Shown: positions 8,502 through 17,508, numbered from the stretch's first letter. The stretch is 64,000 nucleotides of DNA from an uncultured Gammaproteobacteria bacterium (GCA_963702105.1 OY969712.1:5309378-5373377), one strand, 5' to 3'. Translations and numbers: made by a program. Notes: generated by a model from the letters alone, not told the origin.

Positions 8502-10766
8502 ATGGCCAATCAAGACGAAGGCGGTGTGCAGCTGCAGGTCGCCAACGCGCGCGCAGAGGACGCCGGGCGGGGCATCGCGCGCGTCGATCGGCGCGTCATG
8601 AACGAGATCGGTGTCCAGGAGGGCGAAGCGATCGAGATCGTCGGGCACCGGCACACGACGGCCATCGCCGTCCGCCCTTCGCCCGAGGACGAAGGCCTGC
8701 GGCTGATTCGCCTCGACGGTCTGCAGCGAGCGAACGCCGGCATCGGCAGCGGCGATCACGCGGAGGTGCGGCGCGCCGAAGCGAGACCGGCCGTACGGGT
8801 CGTCATGGCCCCGGCCCAGAAGAACGTGCGGCTGCAGGGGCCCGGCGAGGCGCTGCGCCGTTCCTTTCATCGGCGCCCGCTCATCGCCGGGGACGTCGTC
8901 TCAACGTCGATCTATCAGCGCGGCGCCGATCCGCGGGTCCCGGAGGAGATACGCGAGATGCTGAACCTGCCGGCCTACGGCCTGCAGGAGATACGGCTCG
9001 TCGTCGTCTCGACCTCGCCGAAGGGCATCGTCCAGGTCACGGAGGAGACCGAGGTCGAGCTGCGTCCTCAATACGAGGAGCCGAAGGAAGCGCGGCGCGC
9101 CAACGTCACCTACGACGACATCGGCGGCCTCGGCAACTCGATCGACCATATCCGCGAGATGATCGAGCTGCCGTTGCGCCACCCCGAGCTGTTCCAGCGG
9201 CTCGGCATCGATCCGCCGAAGGGCGTGCTGCTGCACGGACCGCCCGGAACGGGGAAGACGCTGCTCGCGCGCGCCGTGGCCAATGAGGCCGAGGCCTCGT
9301 TCCACCACATTGCGGGCCCCGAGATCATGGGCAGCCACCTCGGCGAGTCCGAGCAGCGCCTGCGCGACGTCTTCGAGGAGGCGCAAAGGGAGGCGCCGGC
9401 CATCGTCTTCATCGACGAGCTCGATTCGATCGCGCCGAAGCGCGGGGAAGTGACGAACGAGGTGGAGCGCCGCGTCGTCGCCCAGCTGCTGACGCTCATG
9501 GACGGGCTCGAGCCGCGCCAGAACCTCATGGTCATCGGTGCGACGAACCGCGTGGACGCCATCGACGAGGCCTTGCGGCGTCCGGGGCGCTTCGACCGCG
9601 AGATCGTCATCGGCGTGCCGGACCAGGACGGCCGGCGCGAGATTCTCGGCATCCACACGCGCGGCATGCCGCTCGGCGAGGACGTCGATCTCGAGGAGTT
9701 CGCGCGCATCACCTACGGGTTCGTCGGGGCCGACCTCTCGGCGCTCACGCGCGAGGCGGCCATGGAGGCCGTCCGCCGCATCCTCCCGGACATCAATTTC
9801 AAGGACGGCATTCCGGCCGAAATACTCGAGGGGCTCGACGTCACGGCCGAAGACTTCCGCAACGCCTTGCGTCGCGTTCAGCCCTCGGCGCTGCGCGAGA
9901 TCATGATCCAGGTGCCGAACGTGACCTGGGGTGACATCGGCGGTCTCGAGGACGCGCAGCGGCGCATGCGCGAAGGGATCGAGCTGCCGCTCAGGAACCC
10001 GGAGGCCTTCCGGCGCGTCGGCATTCGCCCCGCGAAGGGCTTTCTGCTGTTCGGTCCGCCCGGCACGGGCAAGACCCTGCTCGCGAAGGCGGTCGCGCGC
10101 GAGTCCGAGGCGAACTTCGTCTCCACGAAATCTTCCGATCTGCTCTCGAAGTGGTACGGCGAATCGGAGCAACAGGTGGCCCGCCTTTTTCAACGCGCGC
10201 GCCAGGTCGCGCCGACCGTGATCTTCATCGACGAGATCGATTCGCTCGCGCCGCAGCGCGGCGGAGGGCTCGGCGAGCCGGCCGTGACCGAGCGCGTCGT
10301 CAACACGATCCTTTCGGAGATGGACGGCCTCGAGGAGCTGCAGGGCGTCGTCGTCATCGGCGCGACGAACAGGCCGAACCTCGTCGATCCCGCGCTGCTG
10401 CGTCCCGGCCGCTTCGACGAGCTCGTCTTCGTCGGCGTCCCGGACCAGAAGGGCCGCCGGCACATCCTGGACATCCAGACCAAGGAGATGCCGCTCGGCG
10501 ACGCCGTCGATCTCGATGCCATGGCTGCGCGGACGGAAAGATACACCGGCGCCGATCTCGGCGACCTCGTGCGCCGCGCCGGTCTCATCGCGCTCAGGCA
10601 GTCCCTCTCCGCGGACACGGTTACCGCGGAGCACTTCGAGCAGGCACTCGAGGAAACCCGCGCATCCGTGACGTCCGAAATGGAGCAGGAGTACGCGCAG
10701 ATGCTCAGCACGTTGAAGCAGGAGGCACCGCGACGGCAACCCATCGGATTCGTGCGCGAACGATGA
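8502..10766 (+). CDS. Cdc48/p97/VAT-type double-ring AAA+ ATPase
   Basis: ATG 8502 (MANQDEGG) with SD gagag. Cdc48 N-domain pattern (GRGIARVDRRVMNEIGVQEGEAIEIVG, IRLDGLQRANAGIGSGD). Two AAA modules, each with GPPGTGKTLLA Walker A and IVFIDELD / VIFIDEID Walker B. RPGRFDRE and RPGRFDEL second-region motifs. Confidence 0.92.
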   Translation: MANQDEGGVQLQVANARAEDAGRGIARVDRRVMNEIGVQEGEAIEIVGHRHTTAIAVRPSPEDEGLRLIRLDGLQRANAGIGSGDHAEVRRAEARPAVRVVMAPAQKNVRLQGPGEALRRSFHRRPLIAGDVVSTSIYQRGADPRVPEEIREMLNLPAYGLQEIRLVVVSTSPKGIVQVTEETEVELRPQYEEPKEARRANVTYDDIGGLGNSIDHIREMIELPLRHPELFQRLGIDPPKGVLLHGPPGTGKTLLARAVANEAEASFHHIAGPEIMGSHLGESEQRLRDVFEEAQREAPAIVFIDELDSIAPKRGEVTNEVERRVVAQLLTLMDGLEPRQNLMVIGATNRVDAIDEALRRPGRFDREIVIGVPDQDGRREILGIHTRGMPLGEDVDLEEFARITYGFVGADLSALTREAAMEAVRRILPDINFKDGIPAEILEGLDVTAEDFRNALRRVQPSALREIMIQVPNVTWGDIGGLEDAQRRMREGIELPLRNPEAFRRVGIRPAKGFLLFGPPGTGKTLLAKAVARESEANFVSTKSSDLLSKWYGESEQQVARLFQRARQVAPTVIFIDEIDSLAPQRGGGLGEPAVTERVVNTILSEMDGLEELQGVVVIGATNRPNLVDPALLRPGRFDELVFVGVPDQKGRRHILDIQTKEMPLGDAVDLDAMAARTERYTGADLGDLVRRAGLIALRQSLSADTVTAEHFEQALEETRASVTSEMEQEYAQMLSTLKQEAPRRQPIGFVRER

Positions 10767-10875
10767 AGACAGGGGTTGGAGCCCCCTTTCCCTCGCGGAA
10801 CCGCGCCTTTCGGCAAAGGCTGCACAGCGGATCAAAATATTTGTGGAAAGGTATCGTAAGCGGTGCTACTACCTA

Positions 10876-10906
10876 TTGACCGTCTTCCTTCCGCTGCCCC
10901 TATATT
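10876..10906 (+). promoter_or_regulatory. Possible sigma70-type promoter (TTGACC, 19-nt spacer, TATATT) in the AT-richer gap upstream of the GT2 gene
   Basis: TTGACC at 10876..10881 and TATATT at 10901..10906. The spacer is long (19 nt). An AAATATTT palindrome lies at 10835..10842 upstream. Motif-only evidence. Confidence 0.3.
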
Positions 10907-11200
10907 GAATGGCGGCAAGCGAATAACGATCAAGACTTGTCGGAGGATCGAAGACGGCGCCAACGGCATTCAGTTCTTCCTCGAAACGTCGGTGTCGCAC
11001 GAAACGTGCCGCGGCCGGACGACACTCGACGCGGTCGCCTCGCAGCTCACGGGCCGAGCTTTCGAGAACGTTTTCGCCGCTGCAGCTCGAAGCACTGACT
11101 CGAGCGGTTTCCGGTATCGGGGCGTTCGAAACCGCCCCGGCCCCGGCGGGCTGAGTCTCATGACGGGGCCGGTCACGCGCGGCTCGAGGAGAGAAGACAC

Positions 11201-12142
11201 ATGACACAGGAAGTAAGAACCGTTCCGCGGCTCGGCCCTCGCGTGCGCCCGCCGGCGCCGAGGCGCGAAGAAGCGAAGCCGCTGTTTTCCGTCGTCGTGC
11301 CCTGCTTCGAGGAGGAGGGCAGCATTCGGAAGACCATCGCCGAGCTGCGCGGCTGCCTGCGCGGCCTCGAGCCCTACGAGCTCATCGTCGTAGACGACGG
11401 CTCGGCGGACGGGACGCCTTCGATCCTCGCGAGCGCGAAGGCGCAGGACGCCGACCTGGACGTGTTCACGCACTACGACAATCAAGGCTACGGCGCCGCG
11501 CTCAAGACAGGCATTCGTGCCTCGTCGGGCGAGTACATCGTGATCACGGACGCGGACGGGACCTATCCCAACGACCGCATCCCGGAGTTGCTCGCGGCCG
11601 CCGAGGACGTGGACATGGTCGTCGGGGCGCGCACGAGCGACGAGGTCGAGTACCCACTGCTGCGCAAGATCCCGAAGGTCTTCATGCGCGCCTATGCCGT
11701 CTGGATTACGCGGCAGGACATACCGGATCTGAACTCCGGGATGCGCGTCCTGCGCCGGTCCGTGGTAGAGCGCTTCCTCAACGTGCTGCCCGACGGCTTC
11801 AGCTTCACGACGACGATCACCATCGCCATGATGACGAACCGCTATCCCGTGCGCTACGTGCCGATCAGCTATGCGAAGCGCGTCGGCCGGTCCAAGATCA
11901 GGCCGGTGCGCGATACCCTGCGTTTCTTTCAGCTCATCCTTCGCACCGGAATGTACTTCGCGCCGCTGCGCGTCTACAGCCCGATACTCTGGTTCATGTT
12001 CGTCTCGTTCCTGGCAAGCTTCGGCTACGACGTGTTCGTCCTGCGCGATTTGACCGAGAAGACGCTGCTTTTGCTCATGCTCCTCGTCACGAGCACGATG
12101 TTTGCACTGCTCGCCGACATGATCGACAAGCGCAGCCACTGA
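11201..12142 (+). CDS. GT2 polyprenyl-phosphate sugar synthase-type glycosyltransferase (ArnC/GtrB/Dpm1-like) with C-terminal TM helices
   Basis: 313-aa ORF. SD aggaga 8 nt upstream. Motifs FSVVVPCFEEE, VVDDGSADGT, ITDADGTYP. Hydrophobic C-terminus (YFAPLRVYSPILWFMFVSFLASF, LLLLMLLVTSTMFALLA). Confidence 0.85.
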   Translation: MTQEVRTVPRLGPRVRPPAPRREEAKPLFSVVVPCFEEEGSIRKTIAELRGCLRGLEPYELIVVDDGSADGTPSILASAKAQDADLDVFTHYDNQGYGAALKTGIRASSGEYIVITDADGTYPNDRIPELLAAAEDVDMVVGARTSDEVEYPLLRKIPKVFMRAYAVWITRQDIPDLNSGMRVLRRSVVERFLNVLPDGFSFTTTITIAMMTNRYPVRYVPISYAKRVGRSKIRPVRDTLRFFQLILRTGMYFAPLRVYSPILWFMFVSFLASFGYDVFVLRDLTEKTLLLLMLLVTSTMFALLADMIDKRSH

Positions 12143-12152
12143 AGCAGCCGCG

Positions 12153-13742
12153 ATGGGCGCCATTCGCCTCGGTACCGCAACCATCCGCGTTCACGCCAGG
12201 GTTCCGCTCGCCGCTGCTGCGGCCATCGCGCTCGTCGGACTGTGCTTGCTGTGGTCGTCGATCATGACGCCGCGCGGCGTGGACGAGGATGGCGCCGTCA
12301 CCCTGCGCATGGCCGTGAACCTCGCGCATCACGGCGTCGTCTCGAAGGCCGCCGAGGCGCCGTACGCGCCTTCGATGTATCGCGAGCCGGTGCCCGTCCT
12401 CGTGACGGCCGGCGCCGTCGCGCTCAGCGACGCCCTTTTCGGACGGACGAGCTGGGAGCGCTACCGCACGGGCTGGCGCGTGCGCTGGCTCAAGCACGTA
12501 AACATTATCTGGATGGTCGTGCTTTGCGCCTCGGCATACTGGGCCGCGCGGGAGCTCACGGGCTCCGCGCTCGTCGGCCTCGTGGCGGCCGTGGCACTGA
12601 ACTTCGACTTCCTGCCGCTCGGCGATGCCGGTCTGCGGGTGCTCGATCTCGACTCGCTCCGCACCGAAGCGCCCGCGGCCGCGCTGCTGATGACGGGCTC
12701 GGCCGCGCTGCTCTCGGCCTGGCGCGGCGGTCGCGTCTCGCGTTACGCGCTCGCCGGGCTCTGCTTCGGCCTGCTGACGCTGACCAAGGCGGCGTTCCTC
12801 TATGTGTTCATCGGCCTCGCGGGCGGGCTCGCCGTGCTCGCGCTGCTGGCCCTTCCGCGCGGCGAAGGCCGCGGCCGCGCGCCTCCCCGCGGCGGAGCCC
12901 CGCCTCTGCGGCCGGACCGCCGAGGTGTCGCGGCGCTCGCGGCGGCTTTTTTTGTCGTCGTGTTGCCCTGGATGGCTCGCAACGAGATCGAGCTCGGCCG
13001 CTTTCAGGTCTCGGAGCGCGGCGGCATGGTGCTCTACATCCGCGCGCTCGAGGACGGCATGACGTGGCAGGAGTTTCGCGGCGGCTTCTACGTCTGGGCG
13101 CCGGCGCAGCTGCGGCCTCTGCTCGGCCGCGTGCTGGGTTTCTCCCGGCGCGATCTCGAGCGCGGCGGGCGGCTGCAGAGGCTGAACCGGGCGAGCCATT
13201 CGAATTTCGCGGAGGCAGACCTCGCGGCCGAAACGGCCGGCCGGCCCGGGGACGCCTTGACGTATTACCGCGAGGCGCGCGCCGAGCGCGAGCGCCTGCG
13301 GCGCCTGGCCGCAGCCGCCGGGCAGCGCAATGCCGAGCCCGCTATAGACGCGGCCCTCGAGGCGGACGCGTTGGGCATCATCGCGGCGCATCCGTTTCGG
13401 CACGCCGTCATGACGCTCCTGTTTCTCTGGCGCGGCGCATTCTTCGCGCTGCCCCTGCTCGTGGCCGAGTACGTGTACGCGGCGCGGCGGCGCGACGCCG
13501 GCTTGGCCGTGTTTCTGGCCGCTGCGGCCGGGAGCGTCGCGTTCTACGCGCTCGTCTCCCACTTCATTCCCCGCTACTCGGCGCCGACGCTGCCGCTGCT
13601 CGTCGTCGCGCTGCTCGCGGTCGGCGCGAAGCTGCTCGAGCCGCTGTTTGCGGGCGGCGGCGCCGGCCGCCGCCCGAGCGCGCCACCGTCCGCCGCGCCT
13701 CCGTCCGAGCTATCGGGCCGAGAGCTCGCCGCGCGGCGCTGA
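12153..13742 (+). CDS. Polytopic GT-C-type glycosyltransferase (ArnT/PMT-like)
   Basis: 529-aa ORF starting 10 nt after the GT2 gene. Many TM segments. Acidic DED motif in the first extracytoplasmic loop (TPRGVDEDGAVTLRMAVNLA), as in GT39/GT83 enzymes. The family assignment is by architecture only. Confidence 0.6.
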   Translation: MGAIRLGTATIRVHARVPLAAAAAIALVGLCLLWSSIMTPRGVDEDGAVTLRMAVNLAHHGVVSKAAEAPYAPSMYREPVPVLVTAGAVALSDALFGRTSWERYRTGWRVRWLKHVNIIWMVVLCASAYWAARELTGSALVGLVAAVALNFDFLPLGDAGLRVLDLDSLRTEAPAAALLMTGSAALLSAWRGGRVSRYALAGLCFGLLTLTKAAFLYVFIGLAGGLAVLALLALPRGEGRGRAPPRGGAPPLRPDRRGVAALAAAFFVVVLPWMARNEIELGRFQVSERGGMVLYIRALEDGMTWQEFRGGFYVWAPAQLRPLLGRVLGFSRRDLERGGRLQRLNRASHSNFAEADLAAETAGRPGDALTYYREARAERERLRRLAAAAGQRNAEPAIDAALEADALGIIAAHPFRHAVMTLLFLWRGAFFALPLLVAEYVYAARRRDAGLAVFLAAAAGSVAFYALVSHFIPRYSAPTLPLLVVALLAVGAKLLEPLFAGGGAGRRPSAPPSAAPPSELSGRELAARR

Positions 13743-14993
13743 CTCCTCGCGCTTGTCCACGACGACGCGGCCGCCCTTGAGGACCATGCGGATGTTCAGC
13801 ATGTTCCAGAAGCCGTCCATGGGGTTGCCGCGCACGAGCACGATGTCCGCGAGCTTGCCGCTCTCGAGCGTGCCGAGATCGTCGGCCATGTTGATGTACG
13901 CGGCGGTGTTCGGGCCCATGAGCCTGACGATGTCCTGCATCGAGAACATGACCTTGTACGACTGCAGCTCGTGCTCGAGCCCGGCCAGGGGCTCGTAGCT
14001 CGTGTCCGTGCAGTAGCCGAGCACCGCGCCGCGATCCCAGACCGTACGCGCGTTGACCATGGCGTAACCGGCCTCCGTGCCCATGGCGTTGCCGTCGGCG
14101 TCGCGGTTCGCGCCGTCGATGAAATCCGGCCACGCTTTCCCATTGCGGAACCGCGGCGCGTCGTCGTTCGCAAATACGCCGAAGATCGGCGCGCCGAAGC
14201 CGACGGTGCCGAGGATCAGCGTGTGGGTCGCCGCGAGCTTCTCCGCGGCCGCGCGCGTGACCCAATCCTTGTTCGGCAGATGGACGAGACGCCGCACCCC
14301 GGCATCGACGGCGGCGACCATGGCCGGTGTGCTGACGGCGTGGACCTGCACCGTGATGCCGACCTGCCTCGCCTCGTCGACGATGGCCTTCAGCACTTCG
14401 ATCTCGTGCTCGCTCGGTCCGGGCACCGGCGTCAGCGCGATCTCGCCCGTCCACTTGATGCCCATGGACGCGAGCTCGCGCACGCGCGCGCGGGCGTCTT
14501 CGGGCGAGATGTCGCCGAGGCCGATCCGCGGGCCGCCCGGCTTGAACGCGGGAACGCGGCCCGAGGGAATGATGCGCGGGCCGTTGATGAGCCCCCGCTC
14601 GACGTGGTCGCGAAGCGTGATGTTGCCCTCGGCCGGGCCGCCGCCGGAGAGGATCGTCGTATAGCCGGCTTCGAGCAGGGCCTGCATCTGCTCCTTCTCG
14701 TCCGGCCCCGTGTTGATGTGCTTGTGCGCGTCGATGAAGCCCGGCATCGCCGTCATGCCGTGCGCATCGATCTTGAGCATGTCGCGCGGCTCCTCGTCGC
14801 CGGCCGTGACCGCGACGATCCTGCCGTCGCGAACGACGATGGTCCCGGAGTCGATGACCGTGCCGTTGCCGACGATGATGCGCGCGTGCGTAATCGCGAC
14901 GTTCTGCGCCGCGGCCCGCTGAACCAGGCCGAGACTGACGGCCTGCAGGGCGGCCACGCACACGATCAGCCGCCGGATCTTCGTTGTTCTCAT
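13710..14993 (-). CDS. Secreted amidohydrolase-superfamily metallohydrolase
   Basis: 427-aa ORF. Signal peptide RRLIVCVAALQAVSLGLVQRAAA. Motifs GRIVAV and MPGFIDAHKHIN (HxH metal motif). The 3' end overlaps the convergent GT-C gene by 33 nt. Confidence 0.85.
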   Translation of the reverse strand: MRTTKIRRLIVCVAALQAVSLGLVQRAAAQNVAITHARIIVGNGTVIDSGTIVVRDGRIVAVTAGDEEPRDMLKIDAHGMTAMPGFIDAHKHINTGPDEKEQMQALLEAGYTTILSGGGPAEGNITLRDHVERGLINGPRIIPSGRVPAFKPGGPRIGLGDISPEDARARVRELASMGIKWTGEIALTPVPGPSEHEIEVLKAIVDEARQVGITVQVHAVSTPAMVAAVDAGVRRLVHLPNKDWVTRAAAEKLAATHTLILGTVGFGAPIFGVFANDDAPRFRNGKAWPDFIDGANRDADGNAMGTEAGYAMVNARTVWDRGAVLGYCTDTSYEPLAGLEHELQSYKVMFSMQDIVRLMGPNTAAYINMADDLGTLESGKLADIVLVRGNPMDGFWNMLNIRMVLKGGRVVVDKREESAPRGELSAR

Positions 14994-15115
14994 TCGCTTG
15001 CGCTCCCCCGAACGTTCTTGGTTGGCGCGCGCCCCCCGGTTCCCCCCGGGACGGTTCCGCGCGCCTCAGGAGAAAGCCACAGAATTGCGCAAGACGCAAG
15101 CGGCGGAGGCGTAAG

Positions 15116-15730
15116 ATGGGCGGGGCCATGTACGACCTCGAATCCGAATGCTCGCCGCGGCCGTTCACGCGCTCCGGCGCGGAGACCGAAGGACTGCCCG
15201 CGGCGCTGCGCGCCGACTGCGCGCGCTGCGCGGGCCTGTGCTGCGTGCTGCCCGCGTTTGATGCCGAGCAGGGTTTCGGCTTCGACAAGCCTGCGCATAC
15301 GGCTTGCCGCCATCTGACGCCCGCGCGCCGCTGCCGCATTCATGCCGAGCTCGGCGCACGCGGCTTCGCGGGCTGCGTGAGCTTCGACTGCTACGGAGCC
15401 GGGCAGCGCGTCACGCAGGAGCTGCTGCCCGCGACGGACTGGCGCACGTCCGCCGAAGCGAAGGAGCGGTTGAGCCGGGCGTACGCCTCCTGCCTCGCGC
15501 TGCACCGGCTCATGGCCTTGCTCGTGACCGCGCGGGCGGGATTCTGCTCGGCCCTCGACGCCCGCATCCGTCCGCAGCTCGCGCGCCTCGAGGAGCTGGC
15601 CCGGTCGGAAGCCGCCCTCGCGGGCACGCTCGACCTCGCGGCGCTCGAGAAGCAGACGCTCGGCCTCGCCCGCGAGGTGTTTTCGCTGCGTCGGCAACAG
15701 GCGGAGCGGGGCGCCGAGCCCGGGGCTTAG
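15116..15730 (+). CDS. YkgJ-type CxxCxxCC cysteine-cluster (putative Zn/Fe-chelating) protein
   Basis: The in-frame ATG at 15116 is preferred. Motif CARCAGLCC followed by CRHLTPARRCRIH and CVSFDC, as in PF03692-type proteins. Helical C-terminal half. Confidence 0.6.
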   Translation: MGGAMYDLESECSPRPFTRSGAETEGLPAALRADCARCAGLCCVLPAFDAEQGFGFDKPAHTACRHLTPARRCRIHAELGARGFAGCVSFDCYGAGQRVTQELLPATDWRTSAEAKERLSRAYASCLALHRLMALLVTARAGFCSALDARIRPQLARLEELARSEAALAGTLDLAALEKQTLGLAREVFSLRRQQAERGAEPGA

Positions 15731-17508
15731 TCCGGCGCTCGGCCCAGCGCGAAGACGTGCAGGACGCGCTCGGTGCCCGTCTTGATCTCCGGCGTCATGC
15801 GGCCGAGCCCCATGGCCTCGGGCGACGGCCCTGTCGCGACGGTCACGAACTGCTTGCCGCCCGCCGCGTAGCTGATCGGGATTCCCGAGACGGGCGCGCC
15901 GAGCCTGGTCTTCCACAGCACCTCGCCGGTCTTCGCGTCGAGGGCGCGAAAGCTGCCGGCCGCATCCCCGTTGAACACGAGACCGCCGCCGGTGGCCACG
16001 ATCGCCATGGTCCCCGACCTCTGCCGGAAGGTCCAGGCGGTCTTGCCCGTCGAGACGGAGATTGCGCGCACCTGGCCGACCTGCGTCTGGCCGGGCTCGA
16101 GATGGGCCGTGTAATTGATGCGCATGCCGAGCTGCCCCTTGCCCGTCTTCGGGCCGGCGCTCGTCACGGTCGAGCACAGGTTCTCGAGCGGCATGTACAT
16201 GAGGCCGGTCTCGGGGCTGTAGGCGCCGGGGGGCCAGTTCTTGCCACCCGTGAACGCGGGGCACACCGCGAGCGCCTGGTCCGGCCCCGTAAAGACCGTC
16301 GCGGGGTTCATATGCACCTCGCCCGTGGCGCCGTCGATGGAGGCGACGACGTTCTGTCTCACCGTGGGCTCGGCCCAGAGGAACTCGCCCGTGCGCCGGT
16401 CGAGCGTGTAGACGATTCCGGTCTTGCCCGGGATGCCGGTCAGCACGTCGCGCCGCTCGCCGGGCTTCAAATTCGGGTTGATCCACGGGACATGCTTCGG
16501 GTCGGGCGCGACGGCGGCATCCACGAGGATGCGGTCGAACGTATGGTCGAAGTCCCACTGATCGACGATGTGCTGGTAATACCAGACGATCTTGCCCGTG
16601 TCCGCGTCGAGGGCCAGCGTCGAATCGTGGTACAGGTAGGTCTTGTCGTTGCCGGCCAGCAGGTACTTCGGCGTCGGGCCCGTGACCGAGGTGCCGAAAT
16701 AGACGAGGTTCAGCTTCGCGTCGTAGCTCGCCGGCATCCACGTGCCGACCTGGTTGCGCTTCTCCCACGGCACACCGCCCCAGCTCGCGTCCTCGGGCGT
16801 GCCGGGCTTCGCGATGGTCCAGGTGCGCCAGAGCTCCTTGCCCGTGCGCGCGTCGTTGGCCACCATGACGCAGCCCTCGGGTCCGGCATCCGGCGCGCAG
16901 GCGCGGCCCGAGATGACCTTGCCCGCCGCGACGATGGGGCCGCCCGAGGTGTTCGCGGGGCCGGTGATCTTGACCTCCCAGGCCTGCTTTCCCGTGCGGG
17001 CGTCCACGGCGAAGAGGAAGCCGTCGGCCGAGGTCGAGATCAAGCGATCCTCGTAAATCGCGATGTTGCGCTTGGTCGCTCCCGGCGCGGCGCCCTTCGG
17101 ATACCTGCGGGCGAAGGACCATAGCTGCTTGCCGGTCGCCGCGTCGAACGCGACGACCTTGTCGGCGGGCAGCGGGACGTACATGACGCCGTCGTGCACG
17201 AGCGGCGTCGCCTCCATCATGAATCCCTGCAGCGGCGCGGACCACACTTCGTGCAGGTTCTTCACGTTGTCCTTCTCGATCTCCGCGAGCGGGCTGTAGC
17301 CCCAGCCGTTCAGCGTGCGCCGAAAGGAAAGCCAGTCCGCGGGCGGCGGGTGATCGAGCATCGCGTCCGTGACCGGCCGGAACGAGCCCGGGGCCGGCGC
17401 CGGCGACTGCTGCGCGAGCGCCGCGCCCGCGACGCCGGCCGCACAGGCCGCGAGTCCGGCGAGTTGCATGGGCCGCGCGGTGCGCGCGCGGGCGTCCCTT
17501 TTCGTCAT
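15727..17508 (-). CDS. Periplasmic PQQ-dependent dehydrogenase (quinoprotein alcohol dehydrogenase family)
   Basis: ATG at 17508 (MTKRDARART) inside the longer ORF 15727..18279. Signal peptide LAGLAACAAGVAGAALA. Family patterns DWLSFRRTLNGWGYSPL, repeated AxDAxTGKxxW blades and TLDRRTGEFLW. No cytochrome c domain. Confidence 0.88.
   Translation of the reverse strand: MTKRDARARTARPMQLAGLAACAAGVAGAALAQQSPAPAPGSFRPVTDAMLDHPPPADWLSFRRTLNGWGYSPLAEIEKDNVKNLHEVWSAPLQGFMMEATPLVHDGVMYVPLPADKVVAFDAATGKQLWSFARRYPKGAAPGATKRNIAIYEDRLISTSADGFLFAVDARTGKQAWEVKITGPANTSGGPIVAAGKVISGRACAPDAGPEGCVMVANDARTGKELWRTWTIAKPGTPEDASWGGVPWEKRNQVGTWMPASYDAKLNLVYFGTSVTGPTPKYLLAGNDKTYLYHDSTLALDADTGKIVWYYQHIVDQWDFDHTFDRILVDAAVAPDPKHVPWINPNLKPGERRDVLTGIPGKTGIVYTLDRRTGEFLWAEPTVRQNVVASIDGATGEVHMNPATVFTGPDQALAVCPAFTGGKNWPPGAYSPETGLMYMPLENLCSTVTSAGPKTGKGQLGMRINYTAHLEPGQTQVGQVRAISVSTGKTAWTFRQRSGTMAIVATGGGLVFNGDAAGSFRALDAKTGEVLWKTRLGAPVSGIPISYAAGGKQFVTVATGPSPEAMGLGRMTPEIKTGTERVLHVFALGRAPD

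Noticed and set aside
8901-10835. 644-aa minus-strand ORF
   Set aside because: It is antisense to the Cdc48-like gene, which has unmistakable AAA+ motifs. It has no motifs of its own.
11119-11138. tRNA T-arm-like hairpin ggggcg-ttcgaaac-cgcccc
   Set aside because: The loop is 8 nt, and no acceptor, D or anticodon arms can be drawn around it. It is treated as part of the structured leader, not as a tRNA or tmRNA.
10863-11204. 113-aa plus-strand ORF filling the Cdc48-GT2 gap
   Set aside because: Its N-terminal third is AT-rich and overlaps the promoter-like elements. It has no signal or domain motifs, and a mirror ORF exists on the other strand. Only the terminal 14-codon uORF is kept as an observation. 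A real small protein cannot be fully excluded.
14990-17245. 751-aa minus-strand ORF
   Set aside because: It shares a strand with the PQQ dehydrogenase but is in a different frame. It is Arg/Gly-rich, while the dehydrogenase frame carries the family motifs.
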